In this document: positions 60,393 through 64,000 of the stretch, one piece after another
How positions within the stretch are numbered: position 1 is the stretch's first letter
Layout: every line of letters begins with the position of its first letter
DNA from: Podarcis muralis
Taxonomy: Eukaryota
Length of the DNA: 64,000 nt
Direction: 5' to 3'
Assembly: GCF_964188315.1 (NCBI RefSeq)
Contig: NC_135673.1
Location: 24,428,001 to 24,492,000, forward strand
The notes under the pieces: model-generated
Databases searched by the model: none
What the model was told of the DNA's origin: nothing
What the model saw: the letters and a program-made list of their open reading frames with translations, nothing else
Program-made: the position numbers and the translations under genes

Positions 60393-62829
60393 TTTTTAAA
60401 TTGTTTCATTTGATTCAATGGGAAGGAATTAATTAGCATTGTCTACATTGACTGGCCTTGGCCCGTAGGCTGATTCCCCTCTTCTGGAGTACAGGATTTC
60501 TCCATAGATCAGGGATGGGCAGAACATAGATCAGGACCCAGCAGTGGACAGCTGGCCAACTCCAAAAGGCAAAATCGAGAGATTGAACTTCAGCATTTAA
60601 ACACTAAATCATTAGCATACAAATGATGTAAAACATCTGGAAAAGTGGAACTGAAAATAGTAAAATAGCAACATGCAGGAATAGCATAACATAAAGCATT
60701 TAAAGTTTTGGAGCATAAAACTGTCTATGCTTGGCAAGAAAAATCCAATGAAGCAAGTGCCATCTAAGTGTTTTTAATGTGACTATTCCACTATTGGGGT
60801 GTCAACCTCCAAAAAAGCCCCACCTTTCCTCTACCACTTTCTCTGTGCCATGCAGTGCTATTTTTCTAGAAATAGAGGTGCTGGAACTCCCAAGGAATGC
60901 CTCCCTCATTCTCTTATACTGGCAATGGCACCCACCTGAGAGGGGCCAGAACTGAGTTCTGGTAAGTTCTGGCTGAAAAAGAGCCCCAGTGCCGTGCATA
61001 ATTTTATAGACCTCTTATCATGTTGCCTCTTACCTTTTCTCTAAACCAAGAAGTCCCAAACACTGCAACCTTTATTTTGATTGCTCCTTCACTACAAAAC
61101 CTCCCATCACTTTGTAGTGAATAAAACACAATTATATTTCCCATCTTTTCACCACGAATCCTGTAGATTGGCCCTTACCGGGGTATGTAGGTCAGAGAAA
61201 AGGAAATGGCTTTAAGGAATCGAACATTCTTCCCCTGCCTAGAATAAAACGATTCCTTAAGAAAGCTGAGTAAAACTTCTGCCCAATTGGATACATATTA
61301 ATGATTACCACTGGTACTCATAAAATTGCTTTATTGAGCATGTTTTTCAATTTAAAAGCCGCTTATCTGTAAAATGTACATTGTGTAAAATACAGCTATG
61401 GAAAGCATTAAGGGAATCTGAGTGAGTAAGCTCTTTAGGAAGATTAATTTCCAGTCTTTTTATATTTATTTAAATGTACTGTTGGTTCTTTAGTCATTCT
61501 TACCAGCAAAATGCAAATTCCCAGCATTTAAATAGCTGTTAACATCATAACGAGCAAAAACAAATAAGGTCTTTTTAAAAAGCTACAACAAAGCACATAC
61601 ATTCTATTTTGTGGCTTTTTAATAAGAGATATCACGTGTTCATCAGTATTAAACATTTAGAGTCTGATTCACCCCCTTTATCATCAGTACCAAGAATGTT
61701 TCTGAAAGGCCCCCAGGAAATTGACAAGAATTCTGCTCATATTGATCCAAAGCAGAACTCCAACGTATAGTTAGAGTGAAAGCTTAAGCACGTTGCAAGA
61801 TTCCCCAAAAAATAGACCAGAGGCAATTGTATTTCATCCAGCAGAGCTTACTACTGCTACTGAAGGTAAATGAGCATAATGGTCACTAATCCATACAATC
61901 AGGATTGGCACTGTCCATAAGAAATCCAGTTGCAGCAGATGTAACCTAAACTTACAATAACTTATAATAAGACTAAAACTTTAACACCACACCAGAAGGA
62001 AAGACAGAAAGAAAGTGAAACTCAGGCTCCATCTGGCCTATTACAGTACTATAGTCAGCATAGCCCTAAGTGAAAGAGATAACAGAACCAGTTTAAACCA
62101 GCTGTTCAGCTTCTCTGAAGGAATAACCCAAACATCAGTAACCTTCTGCTTGTTTCTAGGCAGAATAGAAACTTGCTTGTCGGCTAGAAACTTCCAGCTT
62201 GTATCACACAGAGAAGCTTCCAGAGCCCTCCTCAATCAATTAGAATAGGAAATATCTTTACACATCAGATCAATACTTTCTTCACCAAAAAATGCAAACT
62301 GACAGAAATGAGGCCAGATGAGCTTTTGGCTAGATTTTCAAAACAAACCAGGTGTCTCAATCTCCTGAGACAGGAAATGGAGCCTCGATGTTCAGTGGGG
62401 CTGGGGGAGGCTGACACTATTTCCAGGGAAAGGGTTGCTCCTATAAAAATGGGTGGAGACTAACATTGTGCAGCAGTTCAGGTGTGTAATATGACAGATA
62501 AGCCACATGCCGGAAGTTAAAACACTACCATCCCACCAACAGCTGTTGGAATTAGCTTTGGGCTGCCTCTTGTGGTGAACAACTGAACTGCAGAAGGCAG
62601 GCTTCCGTTTACCACAGAAAGTAAAGAACCTTCTGGAATGACTCCACCTACCCAGGTTCACCTTGCTATCAGTAGGGACAGGGATGAATTATAAAGGGTT
62701 TCCTCTTACATCTCCGCCTTCCTCTAGCAATACATTTGACACCAGCTTTGCTGCAGGAGTTGCTGGGAGGAAGAGTACAAGGCATCATCCCAGCTGTCTT
62801 GAGGACTCCACTCCAGAGTTTAGCCTTTT

Positions 62830-63050
62830 CTTCTCGTGAAGATATCCCACAAGACAGCTGAGGTTTAGGATCAGAGTTTTCATTCTAGATGGGCTACCTT
62901 CCCAGGTTGATAAGCCCCATTTGCCCCTCACTTCCCTCTACAGCATGTGCAGAAACTGCCTCTTTGATTGCTGGACCCACTATGGGTCTTGTCCACTCAA
63001 TCTGCTGGAGCCTATCTTTGCATGAGGGTTTGAGACCCATCGACTATCTC
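62830..63050. mobile_element. Old retroelement-derived fragment (possibly RTE-clade)
   Basis: ctagatgggctaccttcccaggttgataagccccat...gagggtttgagacccatcg resembles a recurrent squamate repeat; the family assignment is uncertain. Confidence 0.35.
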
Positions 63051-63129
63051 GTCTGACATGAGAAGGAGATGTATAGAATGGGTGTGATTGTGTGCTGGTG
63101 GTGGGTAGTCACTTTTGCAGTATGCATCT

Positions 63130-63275
63130 GAATAATAGTTGCTGAGAGTCACAGGTGGGGGGAGTGCTGTTGCATGTAGGTCCTGCTTGCAGGTTTCCCA
63201 TACACATATGATTGTCCACTGTAAGAATGGGATGTTGGACTGAATGGGCCTTTGGTCTGATCTAGCAGGACTTGA
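63130..63275 (+). mobile_element. CR1 3' tail fragment
   Basis: gtccactgtaagaatgggatgttggactgaatgggcctttggtctgatctagcagg. Confidence 0.7.
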
Positions 63276-63316
63276 ACTCCAGTAATTGTTCTTGGTTATT
63301 AGGATGAGGGATAGAG

Positions 63317-63318
<2 letters not shown>

Positions 63319-63356
<38 letters not shown>
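63319..63356. repeat. (GT)n microsatellite
   Basis: Directly visible. Confidence 0.97.
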
Positions 63357-63358
<2 letters not shown>

Positions 63359-64000
63359 AGAAACTACCCTATTGAACAAAGGTAAAATTTACATTCATTG
63401 CTCCACCTACTTTTGTCTCTGCCTCTGTCAACCACAGGCACTTGGCCTCCAGAAGATTGCTATGAGCAGAATGTGACCCTCAGTCTGAAGATGTTTCCCA
63501 CCCCTACTCTAGCATGCCTCATGTCTCTAGTCATGCTGTTTGGTTCTGAATTGCGGTTTACCCTCTGATCTTAATTGCTCATCTGTTCTGACCATTGACC
63601 TATTTTACATTTCCTGCTGGTGCTCAACTCATTATTACTCCCAAGAGACTGTTGCTCACAGCCCAACTCTGATGCATCTACACAATTTGTAAGTTGCAAT
63701 CCTGGGCATATTTGGTGAGAATCAGTTTCGCTGAAATACATGCAACCAAATAGTAATCAGTAAGACTGTATATCTCTTCAAGATTGATTTGAGACTGTCT
63801 TTATATTCTTTAAGCTCGCATTATTTTGAGTTATAGTACGTGTTGCATTGAGATATTTGCTGTACAATTTACTCTTATTTCATATACAGAGTTGTGCTTG
63901 ATGAGGTTGTACTCCATGTATTCCTTCATTGTTTGATACTGAGCTACAGTTCTTAGCACCCTTAAGAAACTAGTTTCCAAGATTTTCGGGGAAGAAGTAA

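Overview
Vertebrate genomic DNA, by its repeat repertoire a squamate lizard (probably lacertid: Sauria SINE, BovB, CR1/L2 LINEs, tRNA-SINEs with CR1-type tails, Tigger-like and hAT MITEs). The only host coding sequence I can support is the first coding exon of TRPC5 (+ strand; exon about 41092-41490, CDS 41113-41490, 126 codons of the ankyrin-repeat N-terminus, phase-0 GT donor at 41491). About 41 kb upstream looks like intron 1 (a consensus donor at 45/46 may end a non-coding exon 1). The rest is intron 2, and exon 3 is not in the window. Nearly all other ORFs in the track are spurious (microsatellites, MITEs, N gaps), except 52004-52540, a decayed L2 reverse-transcriptase fragment. There are three assembly gaps. 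I see no CRISPR array, rRNA or true tRNA gene, and no clearly new multi-gene system. The most interesting observations are: (1) one 13-bp target hit twice, by BovB and by its partner Sauria SINE (three TSD copies); (2) a two-copy composite tRNA-SINE plus L2-tail element; (3) an out-of-frame upstream ATG 7 nt before the TRPC5 start; (4) inverted repeats around the start-codon exon compatible with a circRNA or truncated N-terminal peptide; (5) an inverted MITE pair with a hypervariable internal minisatellite. Repeat family names come from recall of consensus sequences, not from a database search.
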